A stretch of 64,000 bases of DNA from Terrimicrobiaceae bacterium (GCA_041752695.1 JBGSVZ010000092.1:113250-177249); one strand, 5' to 3'. Positions 42,447 to 52,610 are shown, numbered from the stretch's first letter. Notes: generated by a model not told the origin, from the sequence alone. Translations and numbers: made by a program.

Positions 42447-43238
42447 TCATTTGCTGACAAACGACATGCCTTTTTTCTGGCGGTCGAGGAATTCCCCGGC
42501 GAGGGCGCGGTAGGCTTCGGAGCCGGGGCCGTTCGGGTCATGCTCCAGGATGGTTCGGCCATGGCTCGGGGCTTCGCCGAAACGGACGGTGCGGGGGATG
42601 ACGGTCTGGAAGGCGACTTCTTGAAAATGACTGCGGACTTCGGCGGCGACGGCGGGGTTGAGGTTGTTGCGTCCGTCGAACATGGTCATGAGCAGTCCGC
42701 TGATGGCCAGACCGGGGTTGGCCCCGCAAGAGCGAATTTGATCGGTCACATTCATCAAAAGGCTGAGGCCCTCCAGGGCATAATATTCGCACTGGATCGG
42801 GACGAGAATTTCGTCGGCGGCGGCGAGGGCGTTCGACATGAGGATGCCGAGCGACGGCGGGCAATCGAGGAACATGTAGTCGAAGGCCTTGCTGGCTTTG
42901 AGGGGGGCAAGGACGCGGCGGAGCTGGAGCATGTGTTCGTCCATGCGGGCGACTTCCACCTCGGCACCGGCGAGGTCGAGGTCCGCGGGGATGGCTGAAA
43001 GATTTTCCAGTCGGGTGGGGGTGATGAGTTCCTCTACGGGGCTTTGCCCGATGAGCGCGCGGTAGAGGCTGGGGCGTCCCTCCTGGGCGAGGCCGAGGGC
43101 GCTGCTGGCATTGCCTTGCGGATCGAGATCGGCGAGGAGCACGCGAACGCCGCGCTCGGCCAGGGCGGCGGAGAGGTTTACGGTGGTGGTGGTTTTACCC
43201 ACCCCGCCTTTTTGATTGGCAACAGCGATGATCTTCAC
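42447..43238 (-). CDS. parA: ParA/Soj family ATPase
   Basis: NQKGGVGKTTT, DLDPQGNAS, DCPPSLG, QCEYYALEG, EAPSHG. Confidence 0.92.
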   Translation of the reverse strand: MKIIAVANQKGGVGKTTTTVNLSAALAERGVRVLLADLDPQGNASSALGLAQEGRPSLYRALIGQSPVEELITPTRLENLSAIPADLDLAGAEVEVARMDEHMLQLRRVLAPLKASKAFDYMFLDCPPSLGILMSNALAAADEILVPIQCEYYALEGLSLLMNVTDQIRSCGANPGLAISGLLMTMFDGRNNLNPAVAAEVRSHFQEVAFQTVIPRTVRFGEAPSHGRTILEHDPNGPGSEAYRALAGEFLDRQKKGMSFVSK

Positions 43239-44446
43239 AGAGGGCGATTGGAATAATACGCCAGGATGCCGTCGGCAACTGCATCCGCATATTCGCGATA
43301 AATACTGCGCCGCTGGGCTCCGCCAAAATTGCGGGTTCCGTCGTAGTCGCCGGCCTGGATCCGGGCAAAAGTGCTGCGGCTGTTCATGACATAAGGCTCC
43401 ACATAAACCGTGGGGCAGACGAAGAGGCGGTTGGCCAGGAGGTTGCGCGCCCAGATGTAGGGATTCGCATTCACGCGGATGGCGGCGGCGCTTTCGTAAC
43501 GGTAGGGAGGGAGGCCGGTGGCGGTGGCCATTTTTGCGGCGATGGCGGTGGTGAGGGCGAGTTCCGTGGGGTAGGAGCGGTTCAGCAGCTTTAAGAGCAT
43601 GTCGTAGCGCTGGTCCTCATAGGTCAGCTCCTCGGCGCTGAGGGCACCCGTGATGAGGAAGTGGAGGTGGTTCTGATCGACCAGAGTGGGATTGGCGGCG
43701 TCACCCCAGGCCTCGGCATTAAAATGCAGGCAGATGACCAGGTCGGGCTGGATGCGTTCATTCACCAACGTGCCACGGCGGCGAATCTCCCCGACGCGAT
43801 AAAAGAGCCGCTCGCTTTCTTTTTGGAGGCTGAAGTCGTTCACCTCACTCCCTTTGTCCTGCAGGGAGGCGGCGGCAGCTTTTTCCAGGCGGTCCGGACG
43901 CAGCGGGGTAACGGGAGAGGCTTTTGCGCGGGTGAGAAAAACCTGGGCCCCGTAGGATTGGAGGCGTTTGGCGAGGAGCTTGGCGACGTAGAGAGTCATG
44001 TCGCCCTCGGTGACGGGTTTCGAGTTACCGATTTGGAACCAGCGTTCCTCCATTTTGGCCCAGTAGCCGCCGAGGTGGCCGGGATCGAGGGCGATTTTGA
44101 GACCCGCCAGCGGTTTGCCGGGTTCCTCAGCCGGAAGCTGACTGCGGGTGCGCCAGTAGGAAGGAACGGCCTTGGCCGTCTGGCGCGAAGGCGCGAAACG
44201 CAGCAGAAATGGGGTGAGGCTCGGGCGGGTCGTGATGACCGCCGCATCGTCGCGGATGATGATGATGTCCTTCCAGGCACCGCCCGGAGCATAAATTTTC
44301 AGCAAATTTTCAAACTCCGCCCGCGTGATGGTTTGCTGGAAAACGTTGAGCTTCGACCAGTCCGGCGGCGGGGCAAGCGGACTGAGACGCGCCGGGGCCA
44401 GCGTAACGGAAACTAGAAGGAGCGTGACGAAAGCAGCAACTTTCAC
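43235..44446 (-). CDS. N-acetylmuramoyl-L-alanine amidase (Amidase_3-like), secreted
   Basis: Signal peptide; zinc and catalytic motifs LDPGH, TEGD, CLHFNA, YVEP. Confidence 0.8.
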   Translation of the reverse strand: MKVAAFVTLLLVSVTLAPARLSPLAPPPDWSKLNVFQQTITRAEFENLLKIYAPGGAWKDIIIIRDDAAVITTRPSLTPFLLRFAPSRQTAKAVPSYWRTRSQLPAEEPGKPLAGLKIALDPGHLGGYWAKMEERWFQIGNSKPVTEGDMTLYVAKLLAKRLQSYGAQVFLTRAKASPVTPLRPDRLEKAAAASLQDKGSEVNDFSLQKESERLFYRVGEIRRRGTLVNERIQPDLVICLHFNAEAWGDAANPTLVDQNHLHFLITGALSAEELTYEDQRYDMLLKLLNRSYPTELALTTAIAAKMATATGLPPYRYESAAAIRVNANPYIWARNLLANRLFVCPTVYVEPYVMNSRSTFARIQAGDYDGTRNFGGAQRRSIYREYADAVADGILAYYSNRPL

Positions 44447-44538
44447 GTCGGGAAAATAGCGTGCCGGCGCGAAAAGAACACCGAGAAAAGGAGATTTTGT
44501 GTGGGCTCGCGACCGACGGTGCTTTAGAACCGCCGACC

Positions 44539-45327
44539 ATGATTCGTATTCTTTTCCTCGGGGACATTGTCGGCGAACCGGGACGCAGTGCCGTTATCAA
44601 GGCCGTGCCGGAGTTCCTCAAGGTGCGCGGAGTGGATTTCGTGATCGTGAATGGCGAAAACTCTGCGGGAGGTCGCGGGATTACCGCCAAAATTGCCATC
44701 GACCTGTTGCGTTGTGGCGTGGCTGTGATCACCACAGGCGACCACATCTGGGACCAACGCGACACGGCCAGTTACATTGCGACGGAGCCACGGCTGCTGC
44801 GGCCGATCAATTATCCGACGGGCGCTCCAGGACAGGGGAGCATCGTCTTAAATACCGCCAAGGGTCCCGTGGGCGTGCTGAACGTTCAGGGCCGCACGTT
44901 CATGCAGCCCATTTTGGAAAATCCTTTTTTAGCCGCCGAGGCCGAGGTCGCCCGGATGCGCCAGGAAACCTCGGTGATCATCGTGGATATGCACTCGGAA
45001 ACGACGAGTGAGAAAATTGCCATGGGGCGTTTTTTGGACGGCAACGTCTCCGCCGTTTTGGGGACACACACCCACGTTCAGACGGCGGACGAACGTATTT
45101 TCCCCGGAGGAACAGCGTTTCTTTGCGATGCTGGGATGTGTGGACCGGACGATTCCTGCCTTGGCCGCGACCCGGACGCCATCATCAAACGCTTCCTGGA
45201 TTGTCTGCCTACGCCGTTCCCCGTGGCCGATGGACCCGTGAGACTCTGCGGCGCCATCGTGGAGGTGGATGAGGCGACCGGCAAAGCGCTCAGCATCCAA
45301 CGCGTCTCCGAACGGCTGGAATCCTAA
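44539..45327 (+). CDS. ymdB: YmdB-like metallophosphoesterase
   Basis: GDIVGEPGR, NGENSAGG, DMHSETTSEK, GTHTHVQTAD. Confidence 0.9.
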   Translation: MIRILFLGDIVGEPGRSAVIKAVPEFLKVRGVDFVIVNGENSAGGRGITAKIAIDLLRCGVAVITTGDHIWDQRDTASYIATEPRLLRPINYPTGAPGQGSIVLNTAKGPVGVLNVQGRTFMQPILENPFLAAEAEVARMRQETSVIIVDMHSETTSEKIAMGRFLDGNVSAVLGTHTHVQTADERIFPGGTAFLCDAGMCGPDDSCLGRDPDAIIKRFLDCLPTPFPVADGPVRLCGAIVEVDEATGKALSIQRVSERLES

Positions 45328-45339
45328 CGCGAAACGCTG

Positions 45340-45963
45340 GTTAGGCATCCGAGCTTCGCAAGTATGAATCCCGACATACAATACGAAGCTGAAACCGGCC
45401 TCCGAGCAAAGAGAGCCCTTTTCGTCAAAGTCTGTTGGTTCTTTGTCGGCTGGTTTGTTCTCAGTTGTCTGACACTTCCTTTCATTGGTCGTGTTTGGCT
45501 GGGAGAGCTGCCAGTACTAGCTGTCATCCAGTTACCGAAGATTGCCGTAGCTGGTTGGTTGCGCACTCACGTCGTGATGGAGGCGATCACATTTCTCGGT
45601 TTCTCACGAGGTTCGTTCTCCCCAGACTTTATTTTAGCACGTCCCTACGCATTGGCGCTGGCCTACGTGATTGCGCTGGCCGTCATTGGAGTTATCAGTT
45701 TGCGCCGTTTTCGTTTCAGTGACGAGCGTCGTGGTTTGGTGATGGTCGCGTTTGTTGCGGCGGCATTCGTAGATTACATGTTCACACTCATGTTTGCCGA
45801 TGGACGTTTGCTTACCATTTACTGAATGCGTCCGTAGCTCGCCTGACCAGAGGGCTGCCGCGAACCGCCGACCCGCGCTGCGATTTACGATGATGGACAA
45901 CTTGAACATTTTCACTGCGTTCCCCGCTCGCGGCCCAGCGGCCGCTGAGCTTGGTCGATAAAA
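45340..45963 (+). mobile_element. Solitary, decayed integron-type gene cassette
   Basis: GTTAGGC core site (45340-45346) 17 nt before the ATG. After the stop lies an attC-like imperfect palindrome (45841-45963): GCCTGAC...GCTGCCGCGAACCGCC...GCGGCCGCTGAGCTTGGTCGATA. Confidence 0.65.
45364..45825 (+). CDS. Hypothetical membrane protein (cassette cargo)
   Basis: Several TM segments; visibly more AT-rich codons than flanking genes. Confidence 0.7.
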   Translation: MNPDIQYEAETGLRAKRALFVKVCWFFVGWFVLSCLTLPFIGRVWLGELPVLAVIQLPKIAVAGWLRTHVVMEAITFLGFSRGSFSPDFILARPYALALAYVIALAVIGVISLRRFRFSDERRGLVMVAFVAAAFVDYMFTLMFADGRLLTIY

Positions 45964-46076
45964 AACGCGCTGCGTCGCATGTCGGATTACCAGCTCGACT
46001 GGGAAATGCCGAGGATCCCAACGGTCGGTCTCTCCAGAACTTCAACCTTGGGCGTTACGCCCGAAGAGCGCACTTT

Positions 46077-46388
46077 TCAGCCCGGTATCTCGACAGAAAC
46101 AATCTCGCTGGGGAAACCCACTTCCTCATCACCAATGAGGCCGGAGGCACGGTATTCGCGCATTTCCGCACGGCCAGGAATCGCCGCCGGTGTATAGTCG
46201 TCGATTTGCTGGGATTCGCAGCGGTCAATGAGAAGACGCCAAGTCTCGCCTCGAACTCGCGTTTGCACCCGAAGCGCGGGCGCACCATCCATTACGCATT
46301 GGATCCGGACGAACCCGGGTCGCAGGGAAACGGTCAGTCGGGGTTCGCAGGAATCGAGATTTGCGCTGAGCAGGATGGGGAGTGTCAT
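46077..46388 (-). CDS. Hypothetical protein, possibly a fibronectin/Ig-like beta domain
   Basis: Alternating beta-strand pattern; C-terminal DYTP...EMREYRA...DEEVGFPSEIVSV. Confidence 0.55.
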   Translation of the reverse strand: MTLPILLSANLDSCEPRLTVSLRPGFVRIQCVMDGAPALRVQTRVRGETWRLLIDRCESQQIDDYTPAAIPGRAEMREYRASGLIGDEEVGFPSEIVSVEIPG

Positions 46389-46587
46389 GGCAATCAGGGG
46401 TTAACAGAAAACTACGCAACGGGTTGACTGGCGCAACTTCTTTTTTTCCAGGAAACTGGAAATTTTTGCGGTTTTCCTGGAGGGCATTTTCGTGCGGCAG
46501 GAGAAAATTCCCCGGGTGAGGTGATTCCGGGATTGACTTTACCGGCAATCCGGGCAATTTCCCCAATTCCACTTTTCGCGAGATTTT

Positions 46588-46761
46588 ATGAAACGCACCT
46601 ATCAACCCAGCAAGCGCACGCGCAAACAGCAGTTCGGCTTCCGCGCCCGTATGAAGACCAAGAGCGGACGCGCCATCCTTAGCCGCCGTCGGCAACGTGG
46701 CCGCAAGCGCCTCCTGCCAAAGGGTGTCGAAATCCATTTCGCCCGCCACACCGAGGCCTGA
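46588..46761 (+). CDS. rpmH: 50S ribosomal protein L34 (57 aa); missed by the ORF track
   Basis: [57 protein letters not shown]. Confidence 0.97.
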   Translation: MKRTYQPSKRTRKQQFGFRARMKTKSGRAILSRRRQRGRKRLLPKGVEIHFARHTEA

Positions 46762-47116
46762 TCGCCTCCGGTTTCCTCACGCGGCGCGCATCCGGCTCAG
46801 CCGGGAATTTGCTCTCGTTCGCCAGGAAGGCCGCTCCGTTCAGGGGCGGCTTTTGCGTTTGAGCGTGGTGGCAGAACCGGGCGGTGGTGCGACGCGCTAT
46901 GGTTTCATCACCTCCAAACGGGTCGGCGGGGCCGTCGTTCGCAATCTCGTGCGTCGCCGGATGCGGGAGATCTGCCGTCAGGAACGTCCGGGAATTCCCC
47001 CGGGCTGGCTGGTAGTGACGGTGGCCAAATCCGCCGCCGCCACGGTTGGTTACGCCGAATTGCGTGAGGAATGGTTGCTTCTGGCGCGACGGCTTTCTAT
47101 TTTGCCACGCTCCTAG
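46724..47116 (+). CDS. rnpA: Ribonuclease P protein component
   Basis: [25 protein letters not shown] (RNR-type motif). GTG start at 46724 (alternative 46697) lies inside rpmH. Confidence 0.92.
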   Translation: MSKSISPATPRPDRLRFPHAARIRLSREFALVRQEGRSVQGRLLRLSVVAEPGGGATRYGFITSKRVGGAVVRNLVRRRMREICRQERPGIPPGWLVVTVAKSAAATVGYAELREEWLLLARRLSILPRS

Positions 47117-47365
47117 ATGAAATCGGCCGTGGTTTTTCTTATCCATCTGTATCGTTGGACCCTGGGGCCGTTCCTGCATTTTGTAGGTGGCCCGGGCAGC
47201 GGCTGCCGTTTTGAACCCAGCTGCTCGCAGTATTGTCTGGAAGCCGTCCAGCTTCATGGCGCCTTCCGCGGCACGTGGCTGGGCGTCAAACGCATCGCCC
47301 GCTGTCACCCATGGGGAGGACAGGGGCTCGACCCCGTGCCGAAAACTCTCAAATCGCCTTTTTAA
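47117..47365 (+). CDS. yidD: Membrane protein insertion efficiency factor
   Basis: CRFEPSCSQY, RCHPWGGQGLDPVP. Confidence 0.95.
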   Translation: MKSAVVFLIHLYRWTLGPFLHFVGGPGSGCRFEPSCSQYCLEAVQLHGAFRGTWLGVKRIARCHPWGGQGLDPVPKTLKSPF

Positions 47366-49104
47366 TGGATCGTAAAGCTTGGATCGCCATCATTCTCTCC
47401 ATCGCCGGACTCGTGGGCTGGCAGTGGTATTACATCAAAAATTACGGCAACAAGACGGCGGCCCGACCGGTCACAACCGCCACGCCGGCCGCCGTGGCCC
47501 CGGAGACGGCGTCAACGCCGGCCGCCGTGGCCCCGACTGCTCCCGGAGTTGCCCCGACCCCGAGCGGGCCGGTGATGACCGCGCTCAACGAGAGCCTTTA
47601 CAGCCAGAGCGCGGAATACGTATTCAGCAACGACAAAGGAGGGATCGAGCGTGCCGTCCTGCTTCTCCATGGCGCGGAAAACAAACAGCAGGTCGCCCTG
47701 AACAACAGCAAGACCATGCCCATTGGCGCCATCGGCGAGACTCCCGGTGAGGCCTGGGGCGGTTTTGCGATGAAGACTGAGGCGGGCCGCGGCGAAGCCA
47801 TCTTCTCCAAAACGGAGACGGATGGACTTGAGATTACGAAACGTTTCACTCTGCCGTATGCCGGGTCGGACCCGTATCTCGTCAAGATGGAGCTGACCTT
47901 CAAAAACTCCGGTACGTCCGCGATGAAGCGCTCCGGGTATTTTGTCAGCGCGGGTGGGGCGGCGCCGATCCATCCGAAGGATCTTCCAATGCATACACGG
48001 TTCGATTGGATGCATGGCACAAAGTTTGTCGGCATCGATCCGAATTGGTTCGGGGCCGGAGGGTTGCCGTTTCTGGGCATTCAGTGGAGTCCGGAAAAGT
48101 CCCTTTACGTGGAAACCAAACCGGACGTCGCGTGGGCGGGCGTGGCCAGCCAATATTTCACCACCATCGTGACTCCGGAAAAAACCAAGGGCACATCGGT
48201 CTGGTCCGCCCGGTATGACACTCGGAGACTGAACGATGCCCAGGTTTATGGCATCGAAGGCGGCATTGGCATGCCGGGCTTCACTCTCCAGCCCGGGGAA
48301 ACCGCTGCGGAATCCTTCACCATCTATGCGGGTCCGAAAGATCTCAAGGAGCTGCGCAAGATGAAAAACGGCCAGGATGCCGTGATGAATTTTGGCATGT
48401 TCGGCATCGTGAGCGAGGTCCTGCTCTGGGGAATGAACAGCCTCAATAGCGTCTTCCACAGCTACGCCGCTGCCATCATAGTTCTGACCCTCATCATCAA
48501 GAGTCTCCTTTGGCCGGTGCAGAATAAGGCGACCAACGAGATGCGCAAGATGGCCGCCCTCTCGCCGAAGATGACGGAGATGCGGGAGAAGTACAAAGAC
48601 GACCCGCAGAAGCTCAACGAGGAGATGATGAAGCTGTACCGCGAGTATGGCGTTAACCCCTTCAGCGGCTGCCTTCCCATGTTGATCCAGATCCCGATTT
48701 TCTTCGGGTTCTACACCATGCTGGGAGCCGCCATCGAACTGCGCAACAGCTCGTTTTTCTGGATCCACGATCTGTCCCAGCCCGACACGGTTGCCCACCT
48801 TTTCGGTTTTCCCATCAACCTACTGCCCATCATCATGGCGGGCACGATGGTCTGGCAGATGGCGATTTCGCCGAAAAGCGGCGATGCGATGCAGCAGCGC
48901 ATTTTCTATTTCATGCCGATCATCTTCCTCGTGTTCTGTTACAACTACGCGAGCGGACTTGCGCTGTATTGGACAACGCAGAATCTTTTCTCTATCGTTC
49001 AGCTCTACCTCACGCGGAACAAGCCGCTGCCTACGCTTGAGAAAAAGAGCGTGATCGCCAAACGGCAGGCCGACGCCGCGAAGAAAAAGAAAAAACGCAT
49101 ATGA
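47365..49104 (+). CDS. yidC: Membrane protein insertase YidC
   Basis: ATG overlaps the yidD stop (TAATG); NPFSGCLPMLIQIPIFF, WIHDLSQPD, GLALYW. Confidence 0.96.
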   Translation: MDRKAWIAIILSIAGLVGWQWYYIKNYGNKTAARPVTTATPAAVAPETASTPAAVAPTAPGVAPTPSGPVMTALNESLYSQSAEYVFSNDKGGIERAVLLLHGAENKQQVALNNSKTMPIGAIGETPGEAWGGFAMKTEAGRGEAIFSKTETDGLEITKRFTLPYAGSDPYLVKMELTFKNSGTSAMKRSGYFVSAGGAAPIHPKDLPMHTRFDWMHGTKFVGIDPNWFGAGGLPFLGIQWSPEKSLYVETKPDVAWAGVASQYFTTIVTPEKTKGTSVWSARYDTRRLNDAQVYGIEGGIGMPGFTLQPGETAAESFTIYAGPKDLKELRKMKNGQDAVMNFGMFGIVSEVLLWGMNSLNSVFHSYAAAIIVLTLIIKSLLWPVQNKATNEMRKMAALSPKMTEMREKYKDDPQKLNEEMMKLYREYGVNPFSGCLPMLIQIPIFFGFYTMLGAAIELRNSSFFWIHDLSQPDTVAHLFGFPINLLPIIMAGTMVWQMAISPKSGDAMQQRIFYFMPIIFLVFCYNYASGLALYWTTQNLFSIVQLYLTRNKPLPTLEKKSVIAKRQADAAKKKKKRI

Positions 49105-49562
49105 GCAACACGATGACCGCGCGGGAAATCCTCGACTCCATGCTGGGCTACCTCGGCTTTGTTTTCGAAATTGAGGAACAGGAACGCGACGGGCATCTTG
49201 TCTTGCAGATCATCACCCACGAGGCCGATCGCCTCATCGGCCCCCGCGAGCAGACGCTCGACGACATGCAGTTTTTGCTCAACCGCATCCTCCAAACCCG
49301 CGAACACGGTGCCAAACGGGTGATCGTCGATGTCGATCATCATCGTGCCATCCGGGACGATGCCCTGATCGCCAAGATTCGTCACCTCGGCGACGCGGTC
49401 AAAAGCGGCGGACGCCCTCTCCAGACTGAACCTCTGAATTCTTACGATCGCTACATCGTTCACAATGTGTTCAAAGACGATCCGGAGCTGATGACCTGGA
49501 GCCCGCAGGACGATGCGAAGCTCAAGCGCATCACGATCAAGTTCCGCAAAAAAAATCCTTAA
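49101..49562 (+). CDS. khpB: Short Jag/KhpB-like KH-R3H RNA-binding protein
   Basis: KH segment LIGPREQTLDDMQFL and R3H segment LNSYDRYIVH; downstream of yidC; lacks the N-terminal Jag domain. Confidence 0.8.
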   Translation: MSNTMTAREILDSMLGYLGFVFEIEEQERDGHLVLQIITHEADRLIGPREQTLDDMQFLLNRILQTREHGAKRVIVDVDHHRAIRDDALIAKIRHLGDAVKSGGRPLQTEPLNSYDRYIVHNVFKDDPELMTWSPQDDAKLKRITIKFRKKNP

Positions 49563-49595
49563 ACGCCGCGCGTCTTGCCGCTAGCTTTCCGCGGG

Positions 49596-50447
49596 ATGAA
49601 ATCATGGGTGGCCTTTTTGGGGGTTCTGGTCTTTTGCACGGCAGCGTTCGGGCAGCAGCCCCGCATCACCGCTTCTTCTGCCCTCTTGTTCGACGCGCGC
49701 ACCGGCAAGGTCCTCTTCAAAAAAAACGAGAACGACCAGCGCGCCGTGGCCAGCACGCAGAAGTTGCTCACCTCGCTGATCATTGCGGAGGAAGGGGAAC
49801 TCTCCCGACCCATCGAGATCGCTCAGTCCGATACGCTGGCTTCCCCGACCAAACTTTATCTCAAGGCCGGGGAGGTTTACACTCGGCAGCAACTGCTCAC
49901 CGCCTTGCTGGTGAAAAGCCCCAATGACGCGGCGAAGGCTCTGGCCCGGGACAACGCGGGCAGCGTGGAAGGGTTTGCCGCCAAGATGAACCGCCGCATG
50001 GCACGCCTCGGGGGTGAAGACTCGAATTTCATCAACCCCAACGGCCTCCCGGCCGAAGGACAGTTCTCAACCGCCCGCGACATGGCCCGCGTGGCTCGCG
50101 CCGTCTATTTCAACCCGCTCCTGCGCGACATCATTCGTACGAAGTATTACACCTTTCGTTACAACAGCGGGAAAACCCTCTCCCTGCGAAACACCAACCG
50201 GGTGCTGCGCGGTTATTCCTTCTGCAATGGCATGAAAACCGGCTACACCGACGCCGCCGGACACTGCCTCATCTCCAGTGGTTCCTGGAACGGCCGTGAC
50301 GTGATTGCCGTTGTTCTCGGCAGCAACAAGGCGCGGGTGTGGGACGAATCAGCCTCCCTGCTTGCTTACGGCCTAGGCATTCCCTCCACCGAGATGGCCG
50401 CGCTCCGCGTTTCCGACACAGCGCCGCCAACCCCCGAAGACGACTAG
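49596..50447 (+). CDS. D-alanyl-D-alanine carboxypeptidase (peptidase S11)
   Basis: ASTQK (SxxK), KSPND (SxN), MKTGYT, signal peptide. Confidence 0.9.
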   Translation: MKSWVAFLGVLVFCTAAFGQQPRITASSALLFDARTGKVLFKKNENDQRAVASTQKLLTSLIIAEEGELSRPIEIAQSDTLASPTKLYLKAGEVYTRQQLLTALLVKSPNDAAKALARDNAGSVEGFAAKMNRRMARLGGEDSNFINPNGLPAEGQFSTARDMARVARAVYFNPLLRDIIRTKYYTFRYNSGKTLSLRNTNRVLRGYSFCNGMKTGYTDAAGHCLISSGSWNGRDVIAVVLGSNKARVWDESASLLAYGLGIPSTEMAALRVSDTAPPTPEDD

Positions 50448-50549
50448 CCTCCCGATCTTCCCTTTGCCTACCGGCGACACCTTCCACTTTCCCAATAAAC
50501 GATAGCGCTTCGCGCGGGTGTTCCCAACTTCCAAACTCGATTTCCAACC

Positions 50550-52568
50550 GTGGCCCGCAGTTACATTCTTGACGTTCCCTACGGCGGAGGTTCTTCCATC
50601 AATTACGCGGAGGAACTTAATTCCCAGCAATACGACGCTGTGACTTCGCCTCCCGGGCCGGCGCTCGTCATTGCCGGAGCGGGCAGCGGAAAAACCCGCA
50701 CGCTCACCTATCGGGTCGCGTGGCTGCTCGAGCGGGGCACTCCACCCCGCAACATCCTGCTTCTCACGTTTACCAACAAAGCCGCCCGCGAAATGCTCGA
50801 ACGCGTGGCCGCCCTGCTGCCTCAAGGGGCCGACGGAATTTGGGGCGGCACGTTTCACTCCATCGGCAATCGTATCCTCCGCCGCCATGCCGATCGGGTG
50901 GGCTTTCGCGAACGCTTCACCATCATGGACCGCGACGATCAGGAGGAACTGATCAACAGCATCGTCGCGCGCGAGGGCCTTCGCACCACGGACAAGCGTT
51001 TTCCCAAGGGCGAGGTGCTGGCCGATGTTTTCAGCTATTCGGTCAATACCGGCCTGCCAATCCTCCAGGTCCTTATCGCAAAATACCGCTATTTCATCCC
51101 GTTGGCCGCCCAGATCGAAATGCTCCAGGTCGCTTACGAAGCCCGCAAGAAGGAGGCCAACGCGATGGATTTTGACGACCTCCTTTCCAAGACACTGGAG
51201 CTTTTTCAGACCTGCGGGGATGTCGCGGAGATCTACCAGAACCAATTTCATCATGTCCTGGTGGACGAATACCAGGACACCAACAGCATCCAGTCCGCGC
51301 TGGTGGATAGCCTTTCCCGCAAGCATGGCAGCATCATGGTGGTCGGCGACGACGCGCAGAGCATCTATTCGTGGCGCGGCGCGAATTTTGAAAATATCCT
51401 GCAGTTTCCGAAACACCATCCGAACGCCACGGTCTATAAGATCGAAACGAACTACCGCAGCGTGCCCGAGGTCCTCCAGGTCGCCAACGCGGCCATCCTC
51501 GCCAACGAAAAACAGTTCCCCAAAAATCTCGCCGCCGTCCGCTCGTCGCATCCCGTGAAACCCGCCCTTGTTCCGCTGGCCACCAACAACCAGCAGGCCG
51601 CTTTTATCACCCAGCGCATCCTCGAACTCCACGAAGAGGGGACTCCCCTCAATGAGATCGCCGTCCTTTACCGCGCCCATTACCACTCGCTGGAGATCCA
51701 GTTGGAATTTACCCGACGAGGTATCCCGTTCAGCATCACCAGCGGGCTCCGGTTTTTTGAACAGGCCCACGTTAAGGATGTCTCCGCCTTTCTCAAATTT
51801 GCGGTGAACCCGCGCGACGAGGTCGCCTTTAAGCGCATGGTCCGCTTGCTTCCTGGTGTTGGCGCAAAAGGGGCGGAAACCCTCTGGTCGCAATCCTCCC
51901 ACGTCCTGGCGGGCGAAAATGCCTTCGCGAAGCTCGCCGATCTCAAGGTGCCCGCGAAGTCCGCCAAATCCTGGGTCCAGCTGGTGCACACTCTGGCCGA
52001 ACTTGCCCCTGGCGACAGCATTCCCTCGCCCTCCGCCATGATCGATAGCGTGCTTTTTGCCGTCTATGACGACTACATGAAGAGTAAGTTTGCGAACTAC
52101 GAAGCCCGCCGGGAGGACCTGAACACGCTTTCCTCCTTCGCCCGGCAGTTTGAGAATGCCGAGGACTTTCTTTCCCAACTCGCCTTGCTTGGCGCGGTCG
52201 AAACCCAGGATGCCCTCGGCTCCGCGGACGCGGAAACGGAAAAAGTCACCCTCTCCACCATCCACCAAGCCAAGGGGCTCGAGTGGAAAGCCGTCTTCCT
52301 CATCTGGCTCACGGAAGGGATGTTCCCGAGTGCACGCAGCTCCGAAACCCCCGAGGGACTCGAAGAAGAACGCCGCCTCTTTTACGTGGGTGTCACCCGC
52401 TGCAAAGACGAACTCTACCTGACCTATCCCGATATGCGCCTGGGCGGCGGTTACGGCGAAGCCATGCAGCGCCCGTCCCGATTCCTCAGCGAAATCCCCG
52501 AACCTCTCCTCGAAGCCTGGGAAGTCTCCGCGCCCCGGAGGTCGTGGGAGAGCGATGAGCCATTTTAA
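50550..52568 (+). CDS. UvrD/PcrA-family SF1 DNA helicase
   Basis: AGAGSGKT, TFTNKAA, DEYQD, GDDAQSIY, NYRS, TIHQAKGLEW, EERRLFYVGVTR. Confidence 0.95.
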   Translation: MARSYILDVPYGGGSSINYAEELNSQQYDAVTSPPGPALVIAGAGSGKTRTLTYRVAWLLERGTPPRNILLLTFTNKAAREMLERVAALLPQGADGIWGGTFHSIGNRILRRHADRVGFRERFTIMDRDDQEELINSIVAREGLRTTDKRFPKGEVLADVFSYSVNTGLPILQVLIAKYRYFIPLAAQIEMLQVAYEARKKEANAMDFDDLLSKTLELFQTCGDVAEIYQNQFHHVLVDEYQDTNSIQSALVDSLSRKHGSIMVVGDDAQSIYSWRGANFENILQFPKHHPNATVYKIETNYRSVPEVLQVANAAILANEKQFPKNLAAVRSSHPVKPALVPLATNNQQAAFITQRILELHEEGTPLNEIAVLYRAHYHSLEIQLEFTRRGIPFSITSGLRFFEQAHVKDVSAFLKFAVNPRDEVAFKRMVRLLPGVGAKGAETLWSQSSHVLAGENAFAKLADLKVPAKSAKSWVQLVHTLAELAPGDSIPSPSAMIDSVLFAVYDDYMKSKFANYEARREDLNTLSSFARQFENAEDFLSQLALLGAVETQDALGSADAETEKVTLSTIHQAKGLEWKAVFLIWLTEGMFPSARSSETPEGLEEERRLFYVGVTRCKDELYLTYPDMRLGGGYGEAMQRPSRFLSEIPEPLLEAWEVSAPRRSWESDEPF

Positions 52569-52610
52569 AGAGGAACGTCCAACGTGCCAGGTGGGTGGAC
52601 ATTGGCGCGC

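Noticed and set aside
46390..46587. oriC/dnaA upstream of rpmH
   Set aside because: No dnaA gene and no TTATCCACA boxes are visible here.
47484..47536. Duplicated GCCGCCGTGGCCCCG in yidC
   Set aside because: It simply encodes a low-complexity PAAVAP linker.
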